Under the pieces are notes generated by a model, which saw nothing but the letters and a program-made list of their open reading frames with translations, searched no databases and was not told the DNA's origin. This document shows positions 1-9,603 of a stretch of 64,000 nt of DNA, piece after piece. The stretch is from Minisyncoccota bacterium (GTDB taxonomy: Bacteria > Patescibacteriota > Minisyncoccia > Phycocordibacterales > UBA9973), in NCBI GenBank assembly GCA_017991395.1, contig JAGOQQ010000004.1, positions 32,430 through 96,429 of the forward strand. Direction: 5' to 3'. Made by a program: the position numbers and the translations under genes. Numbering within the stretch: position 1 is the first letter of the stretch; each line of letters starts with the position of its first letter.

Positions 1-1044
1 AGTCAGCATGTAAACATTACAGATACATTTACCGCAAAGAGTAGCGGTGGAGATAGTGATTTGGTATTTGATGTGGTTGAAATTGATGAAGAGGTTTTTC
101 GCGAAATTGAAACTACCGAGACGAAAGAGGTTTCAAAAAAAGCTACTGGAAAAGTGACCCTCTACAACAAATCTTCATCACCTCAAGCACTCAAGATTGA
201 TACTCGCCTCGAAACCAAAGACGGAAAAATATTTAAAACAGACAAAGCACTCACTATTCCTGCTGGCAAGACCGTGAGTGGCAAAGTCACTCCAGGTCAA
301 ATAGAAGTCACAGTCACTGCAGACGCTCCAGGTGAAGAATACAACATTCCGCCATCTGACTTCGTTATTTTTGGATTCAAAGGAACAACACGAGCGAGTC
401 AATTTTCTGGAAAATCAACAACTGCAATGCAAGGCGGATTCAAAGGTATGGAAGCAAACATTGGCGAAGAAGAGAGGACGAAGCTCACTGAGGCACTTCG
501 TGAAGAACTCAAAACATCGCTTATGACAAAAGCAGTCGCACAGGTACCAGCCGAATTTGTATACTATGATGACGGAGTTTTCTTCAATCCATCATCAACA
601 CTCCTCGTCACAAAGGTGGACGGCAAGGTCAATGCATCACTCTCTGGAACACTTTCAATAATTTTGTTTGATGAAGGTGCACTCACACGATATCTCGCAA
701 AAGAAAATATTACAGACTACGACAGTTCTGACATAGTACTTCAAGGGTTAAAATCTATGAAGTTCTCTCTAAAAAGCAAAGACACCATTTCTCCAAAAGA
801 AGCCAAAGACTTTTCATTTACATTCTCGGGCGAAGGTGATTTTGTCTGGAGTGTCGATACAGATGCTCTCAAAGAGGCACTTGTAGGAAAGAAAAAGAGA
901 GAGTTTACTTCGCTCCTCTCAAGTTTCAAGTCTGTTGAAAGTGCTGAAGTGTCACTTAATCCTCTTTGGATGACTTCATTTCCAATAGACAAAAATGATA
1001 TTGTGGTGAAATTGAAACCAATAGGATCTGAAAATACCCAATAA
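1..1044 (+). CDS. Hypothetical protein, 5' partial. The reading frame is open from base 1, and the track start at 61 is a TTG.
   Basis: No stop in frame from position 1, so the gene starts upstream of the window. No recognisable motifs. Confidence 0.5.
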   Translation, partial: SQHVNITDTFTAKSSGGDSDLVFDVVEIDEEVFREIETTETKEVSKKATGKVTLYNKSSSPQALKIDTRLETKDGKIFKTDKALTIPAGKTVSGKVTPGQIEVTVTADAPGEEYNIPPSDFVIFGFKGTTRASQFSGKSTTAMQGGFKGMEANIGEEERTKLTEALREELKTSLMTKAVAQVPAEFVYYDDGVFFNPSSTLLVTKVDGKVNASLSGTLSIILFDEGALTRYLAKENITDYDSSDIVLQGLKSMKFSLKSKDTISPKEAKDFSFTFSGEGDFVWSVDTDALKEALVGKKKREFTSLLSSFKSVESAEVSLNPLWMTSFPIDKNDIVVKLKPIGSENTQ

Positions 1045-1089
1045 ATTTGACCAGAGCATGTGTTTCTGGTACTATCTTCATATATCTTA

Positions 1090-1311
1090 ATGAGTGAAAA
1101 TAAAAACGAAAAAATAGCAACAGTGGAAGGTCATGTTACAGAAGCACTCCCAAGTACACTTTTTAGAGTGGAGCTTGCGGATGGCAAGGAGATACTCGCG
1201 TATCTTTCTGGAAAGATGAGAATGAACCGAATCAAGGTTCTTATTGGCGACAGGGTTGAAATTGTCGTCGATCCATACGGGGGAAAAGGGCGCATAGTGA
1301 GACGTGGGTAG
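1090..1311 (+). CDS. infA: Translation initiation factor IF-1
   Basis: The S1-like sequence ATVEGHVTEALPSTLFRVELADGKEI...GKMRMNRIKVLIGDRVEIVVDPY..KGRIV aligns with bacterial IF-1. Start taken at the internal ATG (MSENKNEK). Confidence 0.85.
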   Translation: MSENKNEKIATVEGHVTEALPSTLFRVELADGKEILAYLSGKMRMNRIKVLIGDRVEIVVDPYGGKGRIVRRG

Positions 1312-1434
1312 GTGAAAGCTTGCATTATTTTTAATTTTAAGTTATTATCATTGGACCGATTAGGTTGTGTATAGACACACTAAATTAAGGGACTTAATCC
1401 CTTAGTTTTACGTTGTATCCACAATAGATTTGTT

Positions 1435-1545
1435 ATGAAAGTCAAAGCTTCAGTAAAAAAAATGTGCGATAAATGCAAAATGGTCAAGCGAAAAGGCCAT
1501 CTTCGTGTTATTTGTGAAAACCCTAAACATAAGCAAAAACAATAA
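1435..1545 (+). CDS. rpmJ: 50S ribosomal protein L36
   Basis: Translating 1435-1545 by hand gives a 36-aa [39 protein letters not shown], carrying the L36 Cys/His zinc-ribbon signature. It is not in the ORF track because it is shorter than 60 aa. It sits between infA and rpsM as in canonical operons. Confidence 0.85.
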   Translation: MKVKASVKKMCDKCKMVKRKGHLRVICENPKHKQKQ

Positions 1546-1550
1546 TTATT

Positions 1551-1931
1551 ATGAGAATTCTAGGTATTACAATTCCAAACGAAAAGCGATTAGATATTGG
1601 GCTCACAGCACTCTACGGCATCGGAATCTCTCGAGCACGAAAGATTCTTGACCAAGTAAAGATTGAGCACACACGAAAGTCAAAAGACCTCACGCCAGAT
1701 GAAGAAAACCAGATTCGTAAGGTGGTTGAAGAGCTCAAAATTGAAGGAAATCTAAAGCGTGAAATCAGTGCAAACATTAAGCGTTTGCGAGATATCAAAG
1801 CATACCGTGGTGTACGACACATGAGAGGACTCCCTGTAAACGGTCAGCGAACAAAGACAAATTCACGAACAGTTCGAGGAAACGTACGAAAGACTATGGG
1901 AAGTGGACGACGAAAGGTTGAGAAGACATAA
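1551..1931 (+). CDS. rpsM: 30S ribosomal protein S13
   Basis: MRILGITIPNEKRLDIGLTALYGIGISRARKIL is a typical S13 N-terminus, and the tail is basic. Confidence 0.95.
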   Translation: MRILGITIPNEKRLDIGLTALYGIGISRARKILDQVKIEHTRKSKDLTPDEENQIRKVVEELKIEGNLKREISANIKRLRDIKAYRGVRHMRGLPVNGQRTKTNSRTVRGNVRKTMGSGRRKVEKT

Positions 1932-1968
1932 TCACACTATTTAATTTAAACTAAGATTTTTACGATCA

Positions 1969-2406
1969 ATGGGTAAGAAAAAAATCATAACTAAAGACGG
2001 AGCAGAAGAAACAGTTGCAAAAGTAGCACCTGCTGTTTCTACTAAAACTCCAAAGAAGAAGATCACAGCAGTCACTCTTCACATCGAAGCAACATTTAAC
2101 AACACAAAATCTGTTGTTGCAGACAAAGAGGGAAATACTCTTTTCTGGTGTTCAGCTGGAGCACTAGGTTTTAAGGGTGCAAAAAAGGGTACTCCTTTTG
2201 CTGCGTCAAAGGTTGGAGAAACTCTCGCCGAAAAAGCGCAAGCTATTGGAATCAAAGAATTCGACGCGATTATCAGAGGCGTTGGTTCAGGACGTGAGCC
2301 AGTTATCAGAGGATTTATGTCTCGAGGATTTGAGCTTACTGGAGTCAAAGATATGACACCTGTTCCGCACAACGGACCAAAAGCTAAAAAGCCACGACGC
2401 GTATAA
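1969..2406 (+). CDS. rpsK: 30S ribosomal protein S11
   Basis: Carries the S11 motifs NTLFWCSAGALGFKGAKKGTPFAA and GVGSGRE. Confidence 0.95.
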   Translation: MGKKKIITKDGAEETVAKVAPAVSTKTPKKKITAVTLHIEATFNNTKSVVADKEGNTLFWCSAGALGFKGAKKGTPFAASKVGETLAEKAQAIGIKEFDAIIRGVGSGREPVIRGFMSRGFELTGVKDMTPVPHNGPKAKKPRRV

Positions 2407-2430
2407 CACTATAATCACTCATCACTATTT

Positions 2431-3033
2431 ATGATACACGGACCAAAATACAAACTGTGCCGACGACTAGGATCTCATGTGTTTGAAAAATGTCAAACAC
2501 AAAAATTCGTTCAGTCAGAAGCTAAAAAAGGAATGAAAAAGGGAAAGCGCCCAAAGGCACTTTCTGATTTCGGTACACAGCTTCTCGAAAAGCAGAGAAT
2601 TCGATTTTCATATGGAGTAAGTGAGAAGCAATTTTCAAACTACGTTAAGAAGGCTACTCACGGACAAGGACAAGCGACAGAAAAGCTTTACGAATCACTC
2701 GAAACACGACTCGACAATGTTGTATACCGCCTAGGACTCGCACACACACGAGCGCTTGCTCGACAAGTTGTGTCACACGGACATATTACTGTAAACGGTG
2801 TAAAGACACGCGTTCCGTCATATCAAGTAAAGATTGGAGACAAGATCACTATCCGAGAAGGAAGTAAGAAATCAACACTTTTCAATAGTCTCGAAACAAA
2901 ATTGAAAGATTATTCATGGCCGAATTGGCTCAAGTTTGACGTTGCTAAGGGTGAAGCAGTCGTTGAAGGAAAGCCTCGAAATGCAGATGGTGTGCTTAAT
3001 TTTAACACTGTACTTGAGTACTATAGTCGTTAG
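2431..3033 (+). CDS. rpsD: 30S ribosomal protein S4
   Basis: YRLGLAHTRALARQVVSHGHITVNG is the S4 domain. Confidence 0.95.
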   Translation: MIHGPKYKLCRRLGSHVFEKCQTQKFVQSEAKKGMKKGKRPKALSDFGTQLLEKQRIRFSYGVSEKQFSNYVKKATHGQGQATEKLYESLETRLDNVVYRLGLAHTRALARQVVSHGHITVNGVKTRVPSYQVKIGDKITIREGSKKSTLFNSLETKLKDYSWPNWLKFDVAKGEAVVEGKPRNADGVLNFNTVLEYYSR

Positions 3034-3079
3034 TCTCAGGAGTGTCCGCCCACTTATTTAGCGTGTACCAACATATTAT

Positions 3080-4042
3080 ATGTCTGACTATAAAATAATT
3101 TTACCATCAAAGCCTCGAATTGTTCTTGAAGAAGGAACAAAGGGTGTATATGAAATAGACGGTCTTTACCCAGGGTATGGACATACTCTTGGTAATTCCC
3201 TACGTCGAATTATCCTCTCATCTCTTCCAGGAGCTGCAATCACACTCGTGAAGATCGATGGAGTATCACATGAATTTTCAGTAATGGATGGTGTGAAAGA
3301 AGATGTGATCACAATCTTGCTCAACCTTAAAAAGGTTCGTTTCAAGGTAAGTTCAGATGAGCCACAAATAATTTCACTTTCAATAAAAGGACCAAAGTCA
3401 GTAACTGCAGGCGACATCAAAGCAGGTGGACAAGTAGAAGTACTTAACCCTGAACTCCATATTGCAGAGATAACAGCAAAAGTATCACTCGATATCGAAA
3501 TGACAGTAGAAAAAGGTCTCGGATTTGTTCCAAAAGATACTCACCAAAAAAGTAAAGTAGATGTAGGAACAATCGCACTAGATGCAATTTTCTCACCAGT
3601 ACGACGAGTACACTACGAAGTAGAGAACATGCGCGTAGGAGACAAGACAAACCACAATCGACTTCGAATCGGCATCGAGACAGACGGCACTATTGACCCA
3701 CGAGAAGCATTGGAGCAATCAATTTCAATCATGATTGAACAGCTTCAAGCAGTAGTGGATTTCAAGCCAACTCATGTGCCAAGCGAAACAACATCATCTC
3801 CTGAAGTTTCTGACGAAAAAGATTCAAAGGAAGATATGTCTGACGCAATGAAGACACGAATCGACACACTAGACCTTTCAACGCGAACAATGAACGCACT
3901 CCAAGCAGCAAATATCCGAACAGTTGGAGGAATTGCACGCAAAAAAGTCGAAGACCTTCTTGAAGTAGAAGGAATTGGAGACAAAGGTATCGAAGAAATC
4001 AAAGACGTGCTCAAAAACTTTGGTATCTCACTAAAAGATTAA
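3080..4042 (+). CDS. rpoA: DNA-directed RNA polymerase alpha subunit
   Basis: GHTLGNSLRRIILSSLPGAAI is the alpha N-terminal-domain motif, and a C-terminal HhH domain is present. Position after rpsD is typical. Confidence 0.95.
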   Translation: MSDYKIILPSKPRIVLEEGTKGVYEIDGLYPGYGHTLGNSLRRIILSSLPGAAITLVKIDGVSHEFSVMDGVKEDVITILLNLKKVRFKVSSDEPQIISLSIKGPKSVTAGDIKAGGQVEVLNPELHIAEITAKVSLDIEMTVEKGLGFVPKDTHQKSKVDVGTIALDAIFSPVRRVHYEVENMRVGDKTNHNRLRIGIETDGTIDPREALEQSISIMIEQLQAVVDFKPTHVPSETTSSPEVSDEKDSKEDMSDAMKTRIDTLDLSTRTMNALQAANIRTVGGIARKKVEDLLEVEGIGDKGIEEIKDVLKNFGISLKD

Positions 4043-4064
4043 TTATTAAATAAGCACGAGATAT

Positions 4065-4418
4065 ATGAGACATCATAATTCAGTTAGAAAATTTGGAAGA
4101 ACATCGAATGGACGACGAGCTCTGTTGAAATCACTCGCTCTCGCGCTTATTAACCATGGGCGAATCGAGACAACAGAAGCAAAAGCAAAAGAGCTTCGTC
4201 CGTACATCGAAAAGCTTGTCACCAAGGCAAAGGATGCATCTATTGCATCAAAGCGATTGGTGGTATCACGACTCATGAATCGAAAAGAAGAGTCAGCGAA
4301 GCTTTTTGATGAAATCGCACCAAAATACAAAGATCAAAAGGGTGGCTACACACGCATTATGAAGCTTCCACAAAGACAAGGTGACGCTGCAAAGATGGCA
4401 CTTATAGAATTTGTATAA
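4065..4418 (+). CDS. rplQ: 50S ribosomal protein L17
   Basis: MRHHNSVRKFGRTSNGRRALLKSLALALINHGRIETT is an L17 hallmark. Confidence 0.95.
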   Translation: MRHHNSVRKFGRTSNGRRALLKSLALALINHGRIETTEAKAKELRPYIEKLVTKAKDASIASKRLVVSRLMNRKEESAKLFDEIAPKYKDQKGGYTRIMKLPQRQGDAAKMALIEFV

Positions 4419-4452
4419 TTTGCAAAAGTATAGTAAGGTAATACAACGAATC

Positions 4453-4797
4453 ATGAAATACACAATAGACGCAACAGAAAAGGCAATCGGACGAACCGCT
4501 AGTGAAGTGGCAATTTTGCTGATGGGTAAAAACGATACAAATTTTGTTAAAAACAAAGTTTCTGAAAACAAAGTAGAAATCGTAAACGCAAGTAAGGCAA
4601 AAATGTCTGAAAAGAAAGGGAAGACTGTATTTCATGAGACATACTCTGGATACCCAGGAGGATTTAAGGTCAAGTCAAATGAACAGATCGCAGCAAAGAA
4701 AGGATACGCAGAGCTTTTTAGACTTGCAGTATACGGAATGCTTCCAGGGAATAAACTCCGACCTATTATGATGAAAAACCTAACTATCAAAGAATAA
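4453..4797 (+). CDS. rplM: 50S ribosomal protein L13 (short form)
   Basis: YTIDATEKAIGRTASEVAILLMGK and AVYGMLPGNKL match L13. Start set at the internal MKYTIDA, since the track start at 4411 overlaps rplQ. Confidence 0.85.
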   Translation: MKYTIDATEKAIGRTASEVAILLMGKNDTNFVKNKVSENKVEIVNASKAKMSEKKGKTVFHETYSGYPGGFKVKSNEQIAAKKGYAELFRLAVYGMLPGNKLRPIMMKNLTIKE

Positions 4798-4798
4798 T

Positions 4799-5209
4799 AT
4801 GGAAGCAACAAAATCATCAAAGAAATATATTGAAAAAGTAGGACGACGAAAGACTTCAACAGCGCGGGTGCGAATACTTGAAGCTACAAAGTCATCACTT
4901 GTTGTCAATGAAAAAGAAGGAGAAAAATATTTTATGACAAAAGAACTTCTTTCTATCGTCAACGCACCGTTTGTAAACTCTGAAGTACCAAAGAAGTTTG
5001 CAGTGAGTGTCAAAGTTGTCGGTGGAGGAATTCACTCTCAAGCAGAAGCAGTACGACACGGACTTTCACGGGCACTTAGTGAATACAACGATGAACTTCG
5101 TTCACCACTTAAGAAAGCAGGATTCTTGAAGCGAGATCCACGAATGAAAGAACGACGAAAGTTCGGACTCAAGAAAGCTCGAAAATCTCCACAGTGGAGT
5201 AAGCGTTAA
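4799..5209 (+). CDS. rpsI: 30S ribosomal protein S9
   Basis: GGGIHSQAEAVRHGLSRAL is the S9 motif, and the C-terminus ends ...SKR. Confidence 0.95.
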   Translation: MEATKSSKKYIEKVGRRKTSTARVRILEATKSSLVVNEKEGEKYFMTKELLSIVNAPFVNSEVPKKFAVSVKVVGGGIHSQAEAVRHGLSRALSEYNDELRSPLKKAGFLKRDPRMKERRKFGLKKARKSPQWSKR

Positions 5210-5228
5210 TACAGATGTATACAAATAA

Positions 5229-5257
5229 AAGCACCCGAGAGGGTGTTTTTATTTTAT
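5229..5257 (+). terminator. Rho-independent terminator after rpsI
   Basis: Hairpin CACCCgagaGGGTG followed by a T-tract. Confidence 0.6.
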
Positions 5258-5294
5258 TGAAAAGAGTACAATTTTTAGTATAATAGTCATACTT

Positions 5295-5906
5295 ATGAAC
5301 AAAGATGATGAAATCAAAGACCAAGAGGAATTGGAAGTGCAAAACGTAGCTCCAGAAATCCCTGCAGAAGACGAGGATGATATTGTCGAATTTGTCTACA
5401 ACGAGGACGGAGAGGAAGACTTGAAAGCAACACTTAAAAAACTCAGAAAGGATATCAAAGAAGCTCGCAAGGAAAAAGCAGAGTATCTTGATGGATGGCA
5501 GAGAGCAAAAGCAGACTATCAAAATTATAAAAATGCAGAAGGTGAACGATTGGTATCGTATGCCGTAAATGCAAAGGAAAGATTGATTGATTCACTTTTG
5601 CCTGCACTTGATAGTTTTGATATGGCAATGTCCAACAAAGAAGCATGGGAAAAAGTTGATGCAAATTGGCGAACCGGCGTGGAATATATTTACAATCAAT
5701 TCATTACGTCACTTGGTGAAAATGGAGTGAGTACTATCGACAAGACAGATGTGCCATTTGACCCAAATCTCCATCAGTCTATCGAAACAGAAGACACAGA
5801 CGATGAATCAAAAGATCACACAATCGCACGAATCGTTCAAAAAGGTTACAAAATGGCTGACCGAATCATCCGCCCAGCGAGAGTGGTGGTGTATATAAAA
5901 AAATAA
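5295..5906 (+). CDS. grpE: Nucleotide exchange factor GrpE
   Basis: Acidic N-terminus and coiled coil (LKKLRKDIKEARKEKAEYLDGWQRAKADYQNYK). C-terminal beta domain with FDPNLHQSIE...GY.M.DRIIRPARVVV. Confidence 0.85.
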   Translation: MNKDDEIKDQEELEVQNVAPEIPAEDEDDIVEFVYNEDGEEDLKATLKKLRKDIKEARKEKAEYLDGWQRAKADYQNYKNAEGERLVSYAVNAKERLIDSLLPALDSFDMAMSNKEAWEKVDANWRTGVEYIYNQFITSLGENGVSTIDKTDVPFDPNLHQSIETEDTDDESKDHTIARIVQKGYKMADRIIRPARVVVYIKK

Positions 5907-6380
5907 ATGCTACGCATCAAGGAAGCACGAAACGGAAAAGGACTTTTTACTACCACAAAGTTGAACAAAAATGACTTTGTATTTAAAGTGGTTGGTCAAA
6001 AAGTGCATTTTGAGAAATTACTTGAAATAGAAGGTGATAGTTTAAACAACTCTTTTAGGTATTCACTCAATTATTACCTTATGCCTTCAAAAAAAGATTT
6101 GGCGTATTTTATAAATCACTCTTGTGAGCCGAATGTAAGAATAGTTCGAAAAAATAATGAGCTTGAATTTAGAGCACTACATGACATTAGTGCAAGTGAT
6201 GAAATAGTATTTGATTACTCAACCATCCTTGCAAAAGATGATATTTGGACAATGAAATGCAATTGCGGAGCATCTTGTTGTCGAAAAACAATAAAGCGAT
6301 ACGACAGACTACCAAAAAAAGTACTTTCAAAGTATCTTGATGAAAAAATGATTCCCGGATATATCCTCAAGCTCGGATAA
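5907..6380 (+). CDS. SET-domain protein (putative lysine methyltransferase)
   Basis: FINHSCEPNV is the SET signature NHSC.PN. It is followed by FDYS and a Cys cluster CNCGASCC (post-SET). The ATG directly abuts the grpE stop. Confidence 0.7.
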   Translation: MLRIKEARNGKGLFTTTKLNKNDFVFKVVGQKVHFEKLLEIEGDSLNNSFRYSLNYYLMPSKKDLAYFINHSCEPNVRIVRKNNELEFRALHDISASDEIVFDYSTILAKDDIWTMKCNCGASCCRKTIKRYDRLPKKVLSKYLDEKMIPGYILKLG

Positions 6381-6399
6381 CCTTAAATGAATCAAAAAA

Positions 6400-6433
6400 T
6401 TACGCATTTTACGCGATAGCGTAAAATGCGTAA
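6400..6433. terminator. Perfect 34-bp palindrome, likely a bidirectional terminator
   Basis: TTACGCATTTTACGCgatagcGTAAAATGCGTAA. Confidence 0.4.
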
Positions 6434-6499
6434 TTTTAAATACAAGAATATCTTCTTTATTCAATTACATTTATTTGTTTATAGTCAGAGAAAGTAATT

Positions 6500-6529
6500 G
6501 AGATCCTGAATCAAGTTCAGGATGACACA
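6500..6529. repeat. 30-bp palindromic repeat, left copy of an inverted pair flanking the PaaX-like gene
   Basis: gagatcctgaatcaagttcaggatgacaca. Its reverse complement recurs at 7241-7270 with one mismatch. Confidence 0.6.
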
Positions 6530-6633
6530 ATAAAAAAATGAGGTTGTATTGTGAGTTTGTATCTTTCCGCGTAGTTAAGGGAACACTTATGCAAAGCTCC
6601 GCGTAAAGTCCGCATTAGTAAGTCCGCGATGTG

Positions 6634-7185
6634 TTATTTCCCAAACAATTCAAACAAACTTTTCTTCGTCTCTTCGTCTACCTTGTCAGTTACAAAAATA
6701 ATCATTTCACTTGTAAATCCGAGATCTTTTTTTATATTAGTGAAGAGATGTTCATAAGGGAAAGGGGAAATCCACGCACTATTTTTTAAACATACAAATC
6801 CCGCTTTTTTGAGGAGGTAGCGCACCGCTTCGCGTTCGCTTTTTCGTTCTTCTGGAATATCGATTAGAATTATTCTCCAAAATCCATCCCATGTTGTGGA
6901 AACAAGAGCTCCTTCGGCTTCAAGTGTGATGCTGTGAAGTTTGTTTCGGCCTTCCTGTGTCATCCGGACATAGTCTTGATTGTCTGACTTGAGAATCTCT
7001 ACCATTCCAGATTCTACAAGATTCTTGATTGAGCGAGAAACAGCATATTCTTGCTTTTGGCTACTTGTATCAAAATCATTAGAAATAACCCTTCTTACCT
7101 CATTTTTGAGCTCTAGAATAGGCAATACAGTCTTTTTTGAAAGGGTTTTTAGGACTGTTTTGTTGATTTGGGGCTTTTTTTGCAT
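6634..7185 (-). CDS. PaaX-like winged-helix transcriptional regulator
   Basis: Motif block WDGFWRIILIDIPEERKSEREAVRYLLKKAGFVCLKNSAWISP is PaaX-family-like. The track start at 7248 runs into a repeat, so the start is moved to the internal MQKKPQ. Confidence 0.5.
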   Translation of the reverse strand: MQKKPQINKTVLKTLSKKTVLPILELKNEVRRVISNDFDTSSQKQEYAVSRSIKNLVESGMVEILKSDNQDYVRMTQEGRNKLHSITLEAEGALVSTTWDGFWRIILIDIPEERKSEREAVRYLLKKAGFVCLKNSAWISPFPYEHLFTNIKKDLGFTSEMIIFVTDKVDEETKKSLFELFGK

Positions 7186-7240
7186 ATGAGGTGATAGTGG
7201 AACGTAAAGCGTAGAACGTAGAACGCAAAATACAGGATTT

Positions 7241-7270
7241 TGTGTCATCCTGAACTTGTTTCAGGATCTC
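7241..7270. repeat. 30-bp palindromic repeat, right inverted copy
   Basis: tgtgtcatcctgaacttgtttcaggatctc. Confidence 0.6.
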
Positions 7271-7395
7271 AAGGTTTTTTAATCCTTCTCATTTTGAACG
7301 CGCATAAAATTCTGCTGAATTTTTGCTATGCTCGGCTCGTCAGCCTTGCGCAATGTTCAAAATGAGAAGGATTCTGGTTTGTGGAATCCAAAGCT

Positions 7396-7436
7396 TTACC
7401 CCTCCGCCCTTCGGGCACCTCCCCTCTAGGGGAGGC
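7396..7436 (+). repeat. GC-rich two-hairpin repeat element, copy A
   Basis: ttacccctccgcccttcgggcacctcccctctaggggaggc. One of six family members in the window. Confidence 0.7.
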
Positions 7437-7657
7437 TATAAACCCAATTTACCACTTTCCCACATATTTGCAAGAATTCAGCGGTCACGAAATACTTGTC
7501 AAAACCGTAAATATGAATATAATAGATGTATATCAGTTTATGAAAAGTTTTTAAATACTTTTAGCTTTAAAAAGTACAAGAGAAATTATTAGGAATTTAT
7601 AGCATTTTGTATTTAGCCAGTTGCTAGGCGCTAGATGCTAATTGCTGAAAAAAATAT

Positions 7658-9553
7658 ATGTCAAAAATAATTGGTATCGACTTGGGTACAACAAACAGTG
7701 CGGTCGCAATAATCGAAGGAGGAAATCCAAAGATTGTTGAGAATATCGAAGGATCACGCACCACACCGTCAATCGTTGGAATTGCAAAAAATGGTGATCG
7801 ACTTGCAGGACTTCTTGCAAAGCGACAAGCAGTAACAAATCCCGAAAACACAATTTACGGTATCAAAAGATTTATGGGTCATCATTTTGCTGATCCAGAA
7901 ATTCAGAAGGACCGAGGTGTAATGCCATACAAAATTCAGGAAGGAACAGATAAAGGTGTAGAAGTAAAACTCGGTGACAAGTTTATGCGACCAGAGGAAA
8001 TTTCTGCGATGATTCTTTCAAAGATCAAAGCTGATGTAGAAGCAAAACTTGGTGAAAAAGTTACCGAGGCAGTCATCACTGTGCCAGCATACTTCAATGA
8101 TGCACAACGAAAAGCAACAAAAGACGCCGGACAAATTGCAGGACTTGATGTGAAGCGTATCATCAACGAACCCACAGCAGCGGCACTTGCATACGGATTT
8201 AATTCAAAGAAAGATGAAAAGATTGTAGTGTACGACTTTGGAGGAGGAACATTTGATGTGTCTGTGCTTGAAGTATCTGGTGACGTGATCGAAGTGAAGT
8301 CGACAGATGGAGACTCGCACATGGGAGGACGAGATATTGATCGAAAAATCATAAATTGGATTGCAGACGAATTCAAAAAAGAATCTGGAATCGATGTAAC
8401 AAAAGATCCACTCGCACTTCAGCGTCTCGATGAAGCAGCTGAAAAAGCAAAACATGAACTTTCTACAACTCCTGAAACAGAAATCAATATTCCTTTCATC
8501 ACATCTGGTGCTGATGGACCAAAACACCTTCTTTTGAAGATGAGTAGAGCAACACTTGAATCACTTGCACAAGAATATGTGGATCGTTCAATCGAAATCA
8601 CGAAGCGCGCACTCGAAGCATCGCCATTTAAGATGAGTGAAATCAATGAAATCATTATGGTCGGAGGACAAACACGAATGCCGGCGATTGTGGATGCGGT
8701 CAAGAAATTCTTTGGTGGAAAAGAACCAAATCGTTCTATCAATCCAGACGAAGTAGTAGCACTTGGAGCAGCGGTGCAAGCTGGAGTGCTTCAAGGAGAT
8801 GTGAAAGATGTGCTTTTGCTCGATGTGATTCCACTTTCTCTCGGAATTGAAACACTTGGAGGAGTTGCGACAAAGCTTATCGAAAGAAACTCAACTATTC
8901 CAACTACAAAATCTCAAGTGTTTTCAACTGCAGCAGACAATCAAACATCGGTAGAAATTCACATCACACAAGGTGAACGTCCAATGGCAACAGACAACAA
9001 ATCTCTCGGACGATTTATTCTCGATGGGATTCCACCATCACCACGAGGTATTCCGCAGGTAGAAGTATCATTTGATGTTGATGCAAACGGTATCTTGCAA
9101 GTAAAAGCAAAAGACAAAGCTTCTGGAAAAGAACAGACAATTCGTATCGAAGCTTCATCAGGTCTTACAGATGAAGATATCAAAAAAATGCAATCAGATG
9201 CTGAAGCACATGCAGAAGAAGACAAGAAAAAGAAAGAAGTTGTGGATATCAAAAACACTGCAGAAATGACACTGTATACTGCTGAAAAATCTCTCAAAGA
9301 TGCTGAAGGAAAAGTGTCTGATGAAATAAAATCAGGAGTTCAATCAAAGATTGATGCAGTGAAAGCGGTAAAAGATGGAACTGATGGTAGTGCAATTATG
9401 AAAGCCACAGAAGAACTCTCAGCTGAGCTTTCAAAGATCGGCGAAGCGATGAACAAAGCACAAGAAGCACAACCTCAAGCAGAAACTCCTGCACAAGAAG
9501 AAAATGTGCGTGAAGCAGAAGTGAAAGAAGAGGGAAGTGAAGAAGCAAAATAA
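7658..9553 (+). CDS. dnaK: Chaperone DnaK (Hsp70)
   Basis: [14 protein letters not shown] and [10 protein letters not shown] motifs, with the full ATPase and substrate-binding domains. Confidence 0.97.
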   Translation: MSKIIGIDLGTTNSAVAIIEGGNPKIVENIEGSRTTPSIVGIAKNGDRLAGLLAKRQAVTNPENTIYGIKRFMGHHFADPEIQKDRGVMPYKIQEGTDKGVEVKLGDKFMRPEEISAMILSKIKADVEAKLGEKVTEAVITVPAYFNDAQRKATKDAGQIAGLDVKRIINEPTAAALAYGFNSKKDEKIVVYDFGGGTFDVSVLEVSGDVIEVKSTDGDSHMGGRDIDRKIINWIADEFKKESGIDVTKDPLALQRLDEAAEKAKHELSTTPETEINIPFITSGADGPKHLLLKMSRATLESLAQEYVDRSIEITKRALEASPFKMSEINEIIMVGGQTRMPAIVDAVKKFFGGKEPNRSINPDEVVALGAAVQAGVLQGDVKDVLLLDVIPLSLGIETLGGVATKLIERNSTIPTTKSQVFSTAADNQTSVEIHITQGERPMATDNKSLGRFILDGIPPSPRGIPQVEVSFDVDANGILQVKAKDKASGKEQTIRIEASSGLTDEDIKKMQSDAEAHAEEDKKKKEVVDIKNTAEMTLYTAEKSLKDAEGKVSDEIKSGVQSKIDAVKAVKDGTDGSAIMKATEELSAELSKIGEAMNKAQEAQPQAETPAQEENVREAEVKEEGSEEAK

Positions 9554-9565
9554 CATAGACTAGAG

Positions 9566-9597
9566 CAAAAGAGCCTTATTTATAAGGCTCTTTTGCG
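9566..9597 (+). terminator. Terminator after dnaK
   Basis: aaagagccttatttataaggctcttt hairpin plus T-run. Confidence 0.55.
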
Positions 9598-9603
9598 TAT
9601 CTG

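Noticed and set aside
6634-7248. Track-annotated start at 7248 for the PaaX-like regulator
   Set aside because: The first 21 codons translate the 30-bp palindromic repeat and the word array. The internal ATG at 7185 is a more plausible start.
7323-7592. 89-aa plus-strand ORF (…FTPPPFGHLPSRGG…)
   Set aside because: It is a translation of the GC-rich repeat element copy A and the 16-bp inverted repeat. The same peptide string appears in the ORF over copy F (44112-44423). It is a repeat artefact, not a gene.
5210-7660. CIRCE heat-shock operator (TTAGCACTC-N9-GAGTGCTAA) near grpE, dnaK or dnaJ
   Set aside because: Searched by eye upstream of grpE, dnaK and dnaJ. No match was found, and hrcA is absent from the window.
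7936-9297. Multiple 60-146-aa minus-strand ORFs inside dnaK (and similar antisense ORFs inside dnaJ, rpoA, cysS, dnaB, aspS)
   Set aside because: They are antisense to well-supported conserved genes and have no motifs. They are typical shadow ORFs.
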